Shown here: piece after piece, positions 31,204-40,866 of the stretch
Layout: every line of letters begins with the position of its first letter
Numbering within the stretch: the stretch's first letter is position 1
Source of the DNA: Prasinococcaceae sp. CCMP 1430
Lineage: Eukaryota; Plantae; Prasinodermophyta
Direction of reading: 5' to 3'
Assembly: GCA_013416795.1 (NCBI GenBank)
Contig: RQSC01000019.1
Coordinates: 126,701 to 190,700, forward strand
DNA length: 64,000 nucleotides
Position numbers and translations under genes: made by a program
The notes under the pieces: model-generated
What the model saw: the letters and a program-made list of their open reading frames with translations, nothing else
Told to the model about the DNA's origin: nothing
The model's database searches: none

Positions 31204-32160
31204 CGCAGGATCAACAAGCGCACGAACGGCTCCGACTGGAGGATCAACGGCAAGGAGGTCAGCCAGAAGCAGGTCGAGGAGCTCGTCCACTCCCTCAACA
31301 TCCAGGTCGGAAACCTGTGTCAGTTCCTGCCGCAGGACAAGGTCGTCTCCTTCTCGGCGATGAAGCCGCATGAGCTCCTGCAGGAAACCGAGAAGGCGCT
31401 CGGCGACTCCACGCTGTACCAGCAGCACCAGGAGCTCATCGCCATGCGCAAGGACATCCGCGACGTCGAGTCCAGCGCCGAGAACCACGCCGAGAAGCTG
31501 GAGCGCCTCAAGAAGCAGAACGCCGCGCTTGAGCGCGACGTTGAGCGGAATAAGGAGCGCGACGCCATCCTGGCCGAGGTCGACCTGCTCAAGAAGAAGC
31601 TCCCGTGGCTTCGATACAACGAGCAGAAAGATGTCTACCTGGAGGCAAAGGAGAAGGTGGCCGAGGCGAAGAAAAATGTCGCCGCGCGCGCCAAAGAGGT
31701 GCAGGCGGCCGACGTGCCCGTGGCCTCCCTGACGACCAGGAGCAAGAAGGTCCAAGACTCGCAGCTCGACGCGAAGAAGAGGATCCACACGCTCACCAAG
31801 AACCGCGACCGCGTGCAGAGGGCGCTCAGTGCTAGCGAGGACAAAGTGAGCGAGGTCACCGAAGAATTGGACGCCGTCAAGAGGGAGGCGCAGAACTTCG
31901 ACAAGAGGAAGGCGGATCTCGAGAAGAAGATCGAGGCGATCGACCACGCGCTGGCGAATGACCCGAAGCTGCAGGTCGATGCCGAGGCAACCAAGGAGGC
32001 GAGCAATGAGAAGCGGAAGAAGGCGGCGGAGGCGCGCGCCATCAACGAGCAGATTTCGGACATCGAGCAAGACCTGAAGGATCCTCAATCCAAGATGGCG
32101 CACCTGGCGGACAAAGTCAAGCTCATCGGCAGCAAGCGTTTCAAGCGCGTCCGGGCGCTG
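31204..32160 (+). CDS. SMC5: SMC5 internal fragment (end of the N-terminal head plus coiled coil)
   Basis: SDWRINGK...LNIQVGNLCQFLPQDKVVSF...LLQETEKA, then coiled coil. No Walker A upstream and no hinge or C-terminal head downstream. Confidence 0.88.
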
Positions 32161-33017
32161 ACGAGGCGGCGGCGGCGCCGCGCGCGGCGAAGTCCACGAA
32201 CGCTCAGTGGGCCGAAAATGTGGTCAACTTCTACGGCGGGTTGGAGGGCGGCTGGCGCGACGCGTTCTGGTGGGGCATGGCGTTCGTCGGCGGCTCGTTC
32301 GCCTACTCGTGCTACACGTACTACAAGAAGTGGTCGAGCCCCAAGCAGCGGAAGCGCCGCAACGTCGCGAGGAACTTCGCGACCGTCACCGAGGTCGATG
32401 CGCTGCTCAAGAGCGACATGAGCAAGGTGACCCCCTCGTACATTCGCGAGTTGCGCCGCAACATGGGCTTCACCAAGGACGAGATCTTCCGCAAGGAGTG
32501 CCGCTACATGCTGTCCGAGCGCGAGTTCGACGCGGCGTGCGTGGCGCAGCTGCTGCACCTCCGCGACGTGTGCGAGCTCACGGTGGACGAGACCGCCGCT
32601 GCGCTCGAGGAGAGCGCCAAGCGCATCCACAAGAAGTATGGCAACGTGATGTTCAAGCCCTCGGGCATGACTGAGACCGGCGTGGCCAAGAAGGCCACCG
32701 CCTGCGCGCTGTTCTCCAAGCTGCTCTATCTCTTCGAGTCGCCGGAGATGCTCGGCGAGCTCAGCGAGGCCGCCACGGGGCGTCTGAAGAACATTTTCGG
32801 GGCGGTCGACGAGGACTGCGACAGACTCAGGATCGAGAGCCTCACCTCGCAGGCCGACCTCGAGGCCCTCGACAGGTTGATGCGCGGCATCTTCCCCGAG
32901 GAGCCCGAGGCGGCCCCGGAGGCGGAGCCCGAGGCGGCCGCGGAGGCGGAGCCCGCCTCGGAGGGCACCGCGTCCGATGGCACGGACGAGAAGCCGCCGC
33001 CTGCGCCGGCAGCGTAG
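32157..33017 (+). CDS. Plastid membrane protein with a helical (armadillo-like) domain, similar to the plant At5g08540-type family; 5' end missing
   Basis: A TM segment followed by SPKQRKRRNVARN, IFRKECRYMLSER, LFSKLLYL, IFGAVDEDCDRLRI matches the recalled pattern SPKAKRKR..., ILRKYIRY.L.E, IFGVTDED..KLRI. No ATG in frame before the upstream stop. Confidence 0.6.
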   Translation, partial: ADEAAAAPRAAKSTNAQWAENVVNFYGGLEGGWRDAFWWGMAFVGGSFAYSCYTYYKKWSSPKQRKRRNVARNFATVTEVDALLKSDMSKVTPSYIRELRRNMGFTKDEIFRKECRYMLSEREFDAACVAQLLHLRDVCELTVDETAAALEESAKRIHKKYGNVMFKPSGMTETGVAKKATACALFSKLLYLFESPEMLGELSEAATGRLKNIFGAVDEDCDRLRIESLTSQADLEALDRLMRGIFPEEPEAAPEAEPEAAAEAEPASEGTASDGTDEKPPPAPAA

Positions 33018-33283
33018 GCCGCCGAGCGCGCGCTCGTAAAAGCGATGCGACGCCTATCGCGCTGGCGCCGGCGCGCCCGCGCGCGGCGCCGGCCCCGGCG
33101 CTCGCCCGCGCGCCCGCGCGCGGCGCCGGCCCCGGCGCGGACGCGCCCATTCGCGCGCGGGAAGGGCACGCAATGACACAACGTAGTATACAGCATCGCG
33201 CGCGTCGCGCGCAGCCTTCGAATTTGCTAGGCGATGGCTCAGAGGAGCGGTCGACCGTCGCGGCCCGCAGGATCGACGCTGCG

Positions 33284-33912
33284 CTATGGCCTTCGCTCCG
33301 ACACGTTCTGGACGACCCCCGAGACGAGCGCCTCCCCCGGGAGCCAGTCTGCGCCGAAGTCGTCGGCGTTGGCGTGCAAGCACACGCACCGCCCGATGAC
33401 GCTCTCTCGACCGCGCAGGGTGACGAGGGGGTCGTACACCGCGGACGCGTACTCGTTGGCGCCGCCCTGGACGTTGCCGAGGTCGCCGACGTGGCGCCCC
33501 CACTCGAGCTTGCCGCCCCTGCCGCGGGTGACCGCATCGGGCGCGCCGTGCGCGCTCCGCCGCGGGTTGAAGCTCGGCGTGCTCGGCGAGCGACCCTCGT
33601 GCAGCTGCAGCGCGTGCTCGCCCGCCGGCAAGGACCCCGACTCGAGCGACACCTCCACTCGCACGGCGACCGCGCCGTCGGCCGCCTCGAACTCGCGAAA
33701 CGACACCACGCCGACGGGAGTCGAGCCCGAGCCCTCCCCGCCGGCGCGCAGCAGCGCGGCGGCGGCATTGCCGTTCGGGACGTACTCGACGTCCACCAGC
33801 TGCACCCCTACGCTGCCGTCCGCCCGCGCCGTCATCACCGTGCGCGTGAGCACATCCGCGCCGGGGGTGGCCGCGCTCGCCGGCGGCGCAACGGCGAGGG
33901 GCCCCGGCGCCG
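33284..33912 (-). CDS. Cu/Zn-SOD-fold protein, degenerate (copy A); N-terminus in the gap
   Basis: GEHALQLHE, FNP, AHGAP, RHVGDLGNV, SVIGRCVCLHANADD. The N-side LAVAPPASA-ATP resembles the end of a thylakoid signal peptide. Confidence 0.8.
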
Positions 33913-34526
33913 NNNNNNNNNNNNNNNNNNNNNNNNNNNNNNNNNNNNNNNNNNNNNNNNNNNNNNNNNNNNNNNNNNNNNNNNNNNNNNNNNNNNNNNN
34001 NNNNNNNNNNNNNNNNNNNNNNNNNNNNNNNNNNNNNNNNNNNNNNNNNNNNNNNNNNNNNNNNNNNNNNNNNNNNNNNNNNNNNNNNNNNNNNNNNNNN
34101 NNNNNNNNNNNNNNNNNNNNNNNNNNNNNNNNNNNNNNNNNNNNNNNNNNNNNNNNNNNNNNNNNNNNNNNNNNNNNNNNNNNNNNNNNNNNNNNNNNNN
34201 NNNNNNNNNNNNNNNNNNNNNNNNNNNNNNNNNNNNNNNNNNNNNNNNNNNNNNNNNNNNNNNNNNNNNNNNNNNNNNNNNNNNNNNNNNNNNNNNNNNN
34301 NNNNNNNNNNNNNNNNNNNNNNNNNNNNNNNNNNNNNNNNNNNNNNNNNNNNNNNNNNNNNNNNNNNNNNNNNNNNNNNNNNNNNNNNNNNNNNNNNNNN
34401 NNNNNNNNNNNNNNNNNNNNNNNNNNNNNNNNNNNNNNNNNNNNNNNNNNNNNNNNNNNNNNNNNNNNNNNNNNNNNNNNNNNNNNNNNNNNNNNNNNNN
34501 NNNNNNNNNNNNNNNNNNNNNNNNNN
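33913..34526. other. Assembly gap (N run)
   Basis: 614 N; hides the 5' ends of SOD-like A and RseP. Confidence 0.99.
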
Positions 34527-34629
34527 GCGCAGGGCGCCGCGCGCGCGCCGCCGCCGCGCGCTGCGCACGCCCAACGCCGCCCTCGCCTGACTCCCGCACT
34601 CACGCACGCGCTGGCTCACTCGCTCGCAG

Positions 34630-35553
34630 GTGGAGTACGGCCTGCGCGCGTTTCCCATCGGTGGCTACGTGGCGTTCCCGGACGACGAGCCCGAGTGCCC
34701 GTATCCGGAGGACGACCCGGACCTGCTGCGCAACCGCCCGGCCAAGGACCGCGCGCTCGTCATCAGCGCGGGCGTCATCGCCAACGTGGTGTTCGCGATG
34801 TCGACGCTGCTCACGCAGGTGAGCACGGTGGGGCTGGCGGAGCAGATCGACCAGCCTGGCGTGCTAGTGCCGGGCGTCGCCGCCAAGTCGGTGGCCGCCG
34901 AGGCGGGCATCAAGGAGGGTGACGTCATCCTCGAGCTGGACGGGGTGTCGCTGCCGGGTGGGCAGAAGTCGGTCCGCCGCGTGGTGGAGACCATCAAGGA
35001 CAGCGACGGCACGGGGAGCGTGCGGATGACGCTTTCGCGCGATGGCAGCACGTTTCCCCTCGAGGTGATTCCGGCGGTGGCGCCCGACGGGAGCGGTCGC
35101 GTGGGCGTGACGCTGGGCCCCAATGCTCTCATCAAGCGGACCAAGGCGGAAAACCCCGCGGAGGCGGTCTTCCTCGCGGCGAAGGAGTTCGGCAGGCTCA
35201 CCAAGGGCGTGACCGACGGGCTGGGGCAAATCTTCTTCCACTTCGGCGAGAACAAGGACGCCGTGAGCGGCCCCGTGGCCATCGTTGCCGTGGGCGCGGA
35301 CATTGCAAAGAAGGAGCTCTCCGGGCTCTACGAGTTCGCTGCGGCGGTCAACATCAACCTCGCGGTCGTGAACATGCTGCCGCTGCCGGCGCTCGACGGC
35401 GGTTACCTGGCGCTCATCGCGCTCGAGGCCGTGCGCGGCGGGGACAAGCTGCCCAAGGAGCTCGAGCAGGGCATAATGAACTCGGGCTTCCTGCTGCTGC
35501 TGACGGCCGGCATGTTCCTCATCGTGAAGGACACCATCGGCCTCGTCTCGTAG
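34630..35553 (+). CDS. rseP: RseP/ARASP-type M50 intramembrane zinc metalloprotease with PDZ domain (3' exon)
   Basis: YGLRAFPIGGYVAFP, RALVISAGVIAN, PDZ (AAEAGIKEGDVILELDG), SGPVAIV, NLAVVNMLPLPALDGG. The HExxH exon is presumably in the gap. Confidence 0.92.
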   Translation: MEYGLRAFPIGGYVAFPDDEPECPYPEDDPDLLRNRPAKDRALVISAGVIANVVFAMSTLLTQVSTVGLAEQIDQPGVLVPGVAAKSVAAEAGIKEGDVILELDGVSLPGGQKSVRRVVETIKDSDGTGSVRMTLSRDGSTFPLEVIPAVAPDGSGRVGVTLGPNALIKRTKAENPAEAVFLAAKEFGRLTKGVTDGLGQIFFHFGENKDAVSGPVAIVAVGADIAKKELSGLYEFAAAVNINLAVVNMLPLPALDGGYLALIALEAVRGGDKLPKELEQGIMNSGFLLLLTAGMFLIVKDTIGLVS

Positions 35554-35699
35554 GCACGCCGGGCGGGCGCGCGATTTTTTGTTTCCTGCCTACTGCCATT
35601 TCAAGAGCTGCGCCCCGCCCCGACGGGCGCGGCCGCGCCGCGGCAGCCGCCGGCGCATCTCGAGTGTAATTTGTACGCGTTTTACTACGACGAACTCGC

Positions 35700-36240
35700 T
35701 CAGTACCCGTACGGCAGCTGCGCCTGTGCGGCGTCGTACAGGAGAGGCAGCTGCACCTCCTCGCCCTTCATCGAGGAGATGGCGTTGAGCACGAACGCGA
35801 CCAAGCACACCGCGAAGAGCGCATTGAAGAGGTAGCCCCACGCGGTCGCAGCTGCCGCAGTCTTCGGCGGAAAGAGAGACGCGGCCATCTTCGGCACCAC
35901 CAGGAGCAGGTCGACGAGGATGGCGTTGAGCGCATTGAAGCGCACGAAGCGCGACAGCCGGTTGTTGTTGACGACGCCGAGGTAGAGCGCGAAGAACAAA
36001 ATCATGTTCGCGTACGGCACCGAGGCCATGAACTGGAGAAAGGGCATGAGGAGGGGCACGAGGAATGGGAGCTGAACGAGGAGCTTGGCGCCGTACGGCG
36101 CGGCCCCGGCCACCGGGAGCAGGAAGGCCGCCGTGCCGAGCGCGCGCTCCGCGGCGGGCGCGAGCGCCGCCTCGTCGCCACCTCCGAGCCCACCGCCGCC
36201 GCCAAATCCTCCTCCGCCGCCGCCGCCATCGCCGCCGCCC
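35700..36240 (-). CDS. TIC20: Tic20-family plastid inner envelope protein; start not resolved
   Basis: ERALGTAAFLLP, LFFALYLGVVNNNRLSRFVRFNALNAILVDLLL, EVQLPLLYDAA. Gly-rich linker upstream; an in-frame TAA lies just beyond 36240. Confidence 0.82.
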
Positions 36241-36677
36241 CGCAGTTCAGGTTAGGGCTGACCCCCATCGGATAGCGACGCATTTGAGGTATAACCACAG
36301 AATTCAACATAGGGTCTACAATGTCACCGTTTTCAATTCGATTTGACCTTGGTCACCAAAGTCGAACCGACGCGAGGTCAAAACGCATGCGCTCGACGCG
36401 CGCGGCCCTCGCACGGCCCCGCCGGTCCGCGGCGCGATCCCGTCCCCCCCCTCTCTGCAACCGTCGATGCGCAGACGATTATATTTCCGCGTAAATAATC
36501 TGTAATACGCATAATAATATCAATATTACATAGATGTGGTAATTTGTGTGGGTATTCTGCGTTTTCCAGCATGCGCGCGAGTGCGCGCGAGCGCGCGCGC
36601 GCGCGCGCGCCACTGGCAGTGCGCGCCGCAGAGAGACCTCTCAGCCCCCCCGCCCCCCCGCTTTTGTGCCGGGGGCC

Positions 36678-38045
36678 ATGTCGTCGAGCGAGGGCGCGTC
36701 GGCGTCGCCCGCCGCGGACGGCTCGCTGTGCGGGTACGCGGGCGTCGAGGCCATCCTGGAGAAGTTCGTGCCGCCCGCCGAGCGCGCGGAGGTCGTGCGC
36801 GTGCTCTACGGCGCCAACCAGGGCAAGGCCGTGCAGGCCATGGAGCTTGACGAGCAGGTGAAGGCCGCCGCCAAGGCGGGCGACTTCGACGTCCTCGCGT
36901 ACAAGTTTAACGCCGCGCCCGAGCAGAAGCGCGCGCCGCGCGTGACGCGCATCGCGATGATCCAGAATGCATGCACGCACCCGACGACGGCGCCGTACCT
37001 CGAGCAGCAGCGCGGCATCATGAGGCGCGTGGCGGAGATGCTGGACGCGGCGGGCGCCGCCGGAGTCAACGTCGTCTGCCTGCAGGAGGCGTGGAACATG
37101 GTGCGGGCGAGCGCGCGCACACGCCGCGCGCGCCAGCGAAGGCGACCCCGCCCGGCGCGGTGCGCCCGCGAGCGTCCGCCCTGCGCGCGCGCGGCGTGGT
37201 CGGGGCGCCGCTGACGCAGAGACTCGCCACCGCCCCCGCTCGGCGAGCAGCCCTTCGCGTTCTGCACGCGCGAGCGTGCGTGGGCCGAGATGGCGGAGAG
37301 CGCCGAGGACGGACCCGCGGTCACGCTCTGCCAGGAATACGCCCGCAAGTACAACATGGTCGTCGTGTGCCCCATCCTTGAGCGCGACAGCGCGCACGGC
37401 GACACGCTGTGGAACACCGCGACGGTCATCGGCAACAACGGCAACGTGATTGGCAAGCACCGCAAGAACCACATCCCGCGCGTGGGAGACTTCAACGAGA
37501 GCACGTACTACATGGAGGGGAACACGGGTCACCCTGTCTTTGAGACCGTGTACGGCAAGATCGGCATCAACATCTGCTACGGGCGTCACCACCCGCTCAA
37601 CTGGATGGCCTTCGGCCTGAACGGCGCGGAGATCGTGTTCAACCCGAGCGCGACGGTCGGCTCGCTGTCCGAGCCCATGTGGCCCATCGAGGGACGCAAC
37701 GCCGCCATTGCCAACACGTACTTCGTGGGGTCCATCAACCGCGTCGGCACCGAGAGCTTCCCCAACGAGTTCACCTCGGGGGACGGCAAGCCCGCGCACA
37801 AGGACTTCGGCCCCTTCTACGGTAGCTCGTACATGGCCGCGCCGGACTCCAGCCGCTGCCCGGGCCTCGCGCGCCACCGCGACGGCGTGCTCATCACCGA
37901 CTGCGACCTCAACCTCGTCCAGCAGGTGAAGGACACGTGGTGCCTGCGCATGACCGCGCGCTACGAGATGTACGCCGAGCTGCTCAACAAGTACATCCGG
38001 CACGACTTCGAGCCCCAGGTGATCAAGGACCCGTCACTCAAGTGA
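36678..38045 (+). CDS. UPB1: Beta-ureidopropionase (nitrilase family), 2 exons
   Basis: CLQEAWNM|PFAFCTRE joined across intron 37101-37250; [23 protein letters not shown]; [12 protein letters not shown]; [12 protein letters not shown]. Confidence 0.96.
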
Positions 38046-38242
38046 AAGGCCACGGCGGGCGCGCCACCCAGCGCGCTGGATGCGCGAAGCCTCGTCCCGC
38101 CTCTCGCACGGTGCGGCGCGAGCGCGAGACTGAGTAAACTTTATTCTTATTTGATACGCGCCAGCTGATGGCTGCGGCGCCATTCATGCCCGGCCGCGCC
38201 CTGTCGCGGCACGGGCGGCGCGCGCGGTGGCGCGGACGCCCC

Positions 38243-38834
38243 CTACTTGCTGGTCCACACGATCTCCCCGGCCGCGATGGGCGGGCCGCTTCCGCCGAGG
38301 GGCTGCGTGGTGGTATCGTCCTCGTCGCGGTACACGACCACCGTGTGCCCGACGACCGCGCTCTCGGTGTCCTTCTTCCCGAGGCCGCCGTACGTGTTTT
38401 TCGCATCCAGCATCATGAGCGGGTCGCGGTACGATGCGCTTGCCGTGCCGTCCGCCCCCGCCTCCGCATTGCCCATATCGCCGATGTGCCTGAAGAGCAC
38501 GAGCCCCTTGCCCATCTTGGCGGACGTGGTCCCAAATCGCGTCACCCTGAACGGGTCGCCGTGCGGGAGGCCCTCAGGATTGTAGGGTGGCGTGTCGGCG
38601 CCCGGTCCCTCGGCGATGTTCAGCCCGTGCTTGCCCGGCGTGAGGCCAGCGAGGGCGACGTCCACCTGCAACGCCACGCGCCCGAACTCGGACTTGACCT
38701 CTGTGAAAGTGACGGTCCCGCGCGGCCCGCCGTCGGAGCCATCGAGTGGCGCCACCTCGGCGACCGCCGCGCGGCCTGTCGGCTCGAAGACGACCTCCGC
38801 TGCGCGCGCGGCGCGCGGCGCGGCCGCGGGCAGC
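38243..38834 (-). CDS. Cu/Zn-SOD-fold protein, degenerate (copy B); N-terminus in the gap
   Basis: GLTPGKHGLNIAE, YNP, PHGDP, RHIGDMGNAEAGADGTA, VVGHTVVVYRDEDD, QPLGGSGPPIAAGEI. Upstream in frame is LPAAAPRAARA-AEVVFEPT (A-x-A cleavage-like). Confidence 0.82.
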
Positions 38835-39048
38835 NNNNNNNNNNNNNNNNNNNNNNNNNNNNNNNNNNNNNNNNNNNNNNNNNNNNNNNNNNNNNNNNNN
38901 NNNNNNNNNNNNNNNNNNNNNNNNNNNNNNNNNNNNNNNNNNNNNNNNNNNNNNNNNNNNNNNNNNNNNNNNNNNNNNNNNNNNNNNNNNNNNNNNNNNN
39001 NNNNNNNNNNNNNNNNNNNNNNNNNNNNNNNNNNNNNNNNNNNNNNNN
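38835..39048. other. Assembly gap (N run)
   Basis: 214 N; hides the 5' ends of SOD-like B and DPH1. Confidence 0.99.
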
Positions 39049-40533
39049 GCGGCGGCGGGCGCCGGCGGAGCGGCGGCGCGGCCGGCGACGGAGCGCTCAG
39101 TCGTCAAAGGGGGGGTGAAGCGCTTCGTGCGGCAGCAGGTGCCGAGCGAGATACTGGAGGACAAGGCGTTGAACGCCGCTGCGTCGGTGCTCCCGTCCAA
39201 CTACTCCTTCGAGATCCACAAAACGGTGTGGCGCGTGCGCCAAGCGGGCGCGCGTCGCGTCGCGCTGCAGTTTCCCGAGGGCCTGCTGCTGTACGCGTGC
39301 ACCATCGCCGACATCCTGCAAGCGTTCGCGGGCGCCGAGCGCGTGTTCGTGCTGGGTGACGTGGCGTACGGAGCGTGCTGCGTGGATGACTTCACCGCCG
39401 CCGCGCTGGGCGCCGACCTCCTCGTGCACTACGGCCACTCGTGCCTCGTGCCCGTCGACGTCACCGGTGTGCCGTGCATGTACGTCTTCGTCGACATCCA
39501 GTTCGATGTGAGCCACCTCGTTGAGGCCGCGCGCACCAACTTCGAGCCGGACGCACGCCTGGTGCTCGCTGGCACGGTGCAGTTTGCCTCGATGATGCAG
39601 AAGGCGCGCGACGCGCTCGCGCCCACCATGCCCAACCTTCGCGTGCCGCAGTGCAAGCCGCTCTCGCCGGGCGAGGTGCTCGGCTGCACGGCGCCCGTCG
39701 TCGACGCCGCCGACGCGATACTCTTCGTCGCGGACGGGCGCTTCCACCTCGAGGCCATCATGATTGCCAACCCCGACATACCCGCGTACAGGTATGACCC
39801 GTACGGCAAGACGCTCACGCGCGAGCGCTACGACCACGTGGGCATGCGCGCCGCACGGCGCGCGGCCGTCGAGACCGCCATGCACGCGAGCCGCTTCGGC
39901 GTGGTCCTTGGCACCCTCGGGCGGCAGGGCTCGCCGGCCACGCTGCAGCACGTAGAAGCACAGCTTCGGCGCAACGGTCGCGAGTACACGGTGGTGCTCA
40001 TGTCGGAGATCCATGCGCACCGCCTGCTGGCCATGAGTGACGTGCAGGCCTGGGTTCAGATCGCTTGCCCGCGGCTGTCCATCGACTGGGGCGAGGGCTT
40101 CGAGGGCACGCCGCTGCTCACCCCATACGAGCTTGGTGTGGCCATGGGCGAGGTGCCGCCCTTCTGGAGTGACGCCGCGGACGACGGTGCGAAGGCGAGC
40201 AAGGGCTCGGGTGCGGCTGCTGGGGCGAGCGAGGGAGGCGTGGTGCATCCCAGCCCCAGCGCCCGAAGCAAGCACGCGGGCGATGCGCAGGCCAGCGCGG
40301 CGCACGGAGGCTGCGATGCGTGTGGAGGAGGCAACGCAGGCGGCTGCGGCGGTACCGCCGCTGCTGAAGGCGCTGGCGCGGGTTGCCGCGATGCCGAGAC
40401 GTCGTTCGGCCCTCGCTACCCGATGGACTACTACGACGCTGCCGGCGGAGCTTGGAACGGCACGTACAGACGAGCGAAGCCAAAGAAGCCCAGGCGCCCA
40501 GCGCAGCCCCCCGTCGTCGCAGGCGCGAGCTGA
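39049..40533 (+). CDS. DPH1: Diphthamide biosynthesis protein 1 (start in the gap)
   Basis: LPSNYSFEIHKTVW, VALQFPEGLL, YGACCVDD, HYGHSCLVP, PLSPGEVLGCT, GTLGRQG, QIACPRLSIDWG, YPMDYY. Confidence 0.95.
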   Translation, partial: AAAGAGGAAARPATERSVVKGGVKRFVRQQVPSEILEDKALNAAASVLPSNYSFEIHKTVWRVRQAGARRVALQFPEGLLLYACTIADILQAFAGAERVFVLGDVAYGACCVDDFTAAALGADLLVHYGHSCLVPVDVTGVPCMYVFVDIQFDVSHLVEAARTNFEPDARLVLAGTVQFASMMQKARDALAPTMPNLRVPQCKPLSPGEVLGCTAPVVDAADAILFVADGRFHLEAIMIANPDIPAYRYDPYGKTLTRERYDHVGMRAARRAAVETAMHASRFGVVLGTLGRQGSPATLQHVEAQLRRNGREYTVVLMSEIHAHRLLAMSDVQAWVQIACPRLSIDWGEGFEGTPLLTPYELGVAMGEVPPFWSDAADDGAKASKGSGAAAGASEGGVVHPSPSARSKHAGDAQASAAHGGCDACGGGNAGGCGGTAAAEGAGAGCRDAETSFGPRYPMDYYDAAGGAWNGTYRRAKPKKPRRPAQPPVVAGAS

Positions 40534-40866
40534 GTGACAGCGGTCTGTGCTGTGGCACCCAAGGCTTGCTCGAGCCGCCCCCTTCCCCCTTTCCCACGCC
40601 CCGTAATAAGTGGAGCGGCCGCAGGGCGCTCGCACACATCCACTCCTGTACTCGAGCAGTTTTTCCATGCATCCGGCATTTGATTACATGAGCCATGGGG
40701 TTGCCCCGCCGCTTTCTGCACAGCGCCTAGGCGAGTATCCATACACGCGCGCGCGCATCGGTGCGTCCACACGCACGCGGGCACGCGCGCCGCCGCCACT
40801 CCCCTGCTGGCCAGTGGGGAGCCTGGCCTCCAGAGTAGGCCGCATACATGCGTGCCAGGTGACTGC

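Noticed and set aside
33054-34922. ORFs spanning N-gaps (also around 38746-39359, 42331-43349, 53639-55803)
   Set aside because: Lengths are artefacts of translating through N; only the flanking real frames were annotated.
33284-38834. SOD-fold genes as copper chaperone CCS
   Set aside because: No C-terminal CxC domain III, and the SOD-fold follows directly after the signal-like segment with no ATX1-like MxCxxC domain visible.
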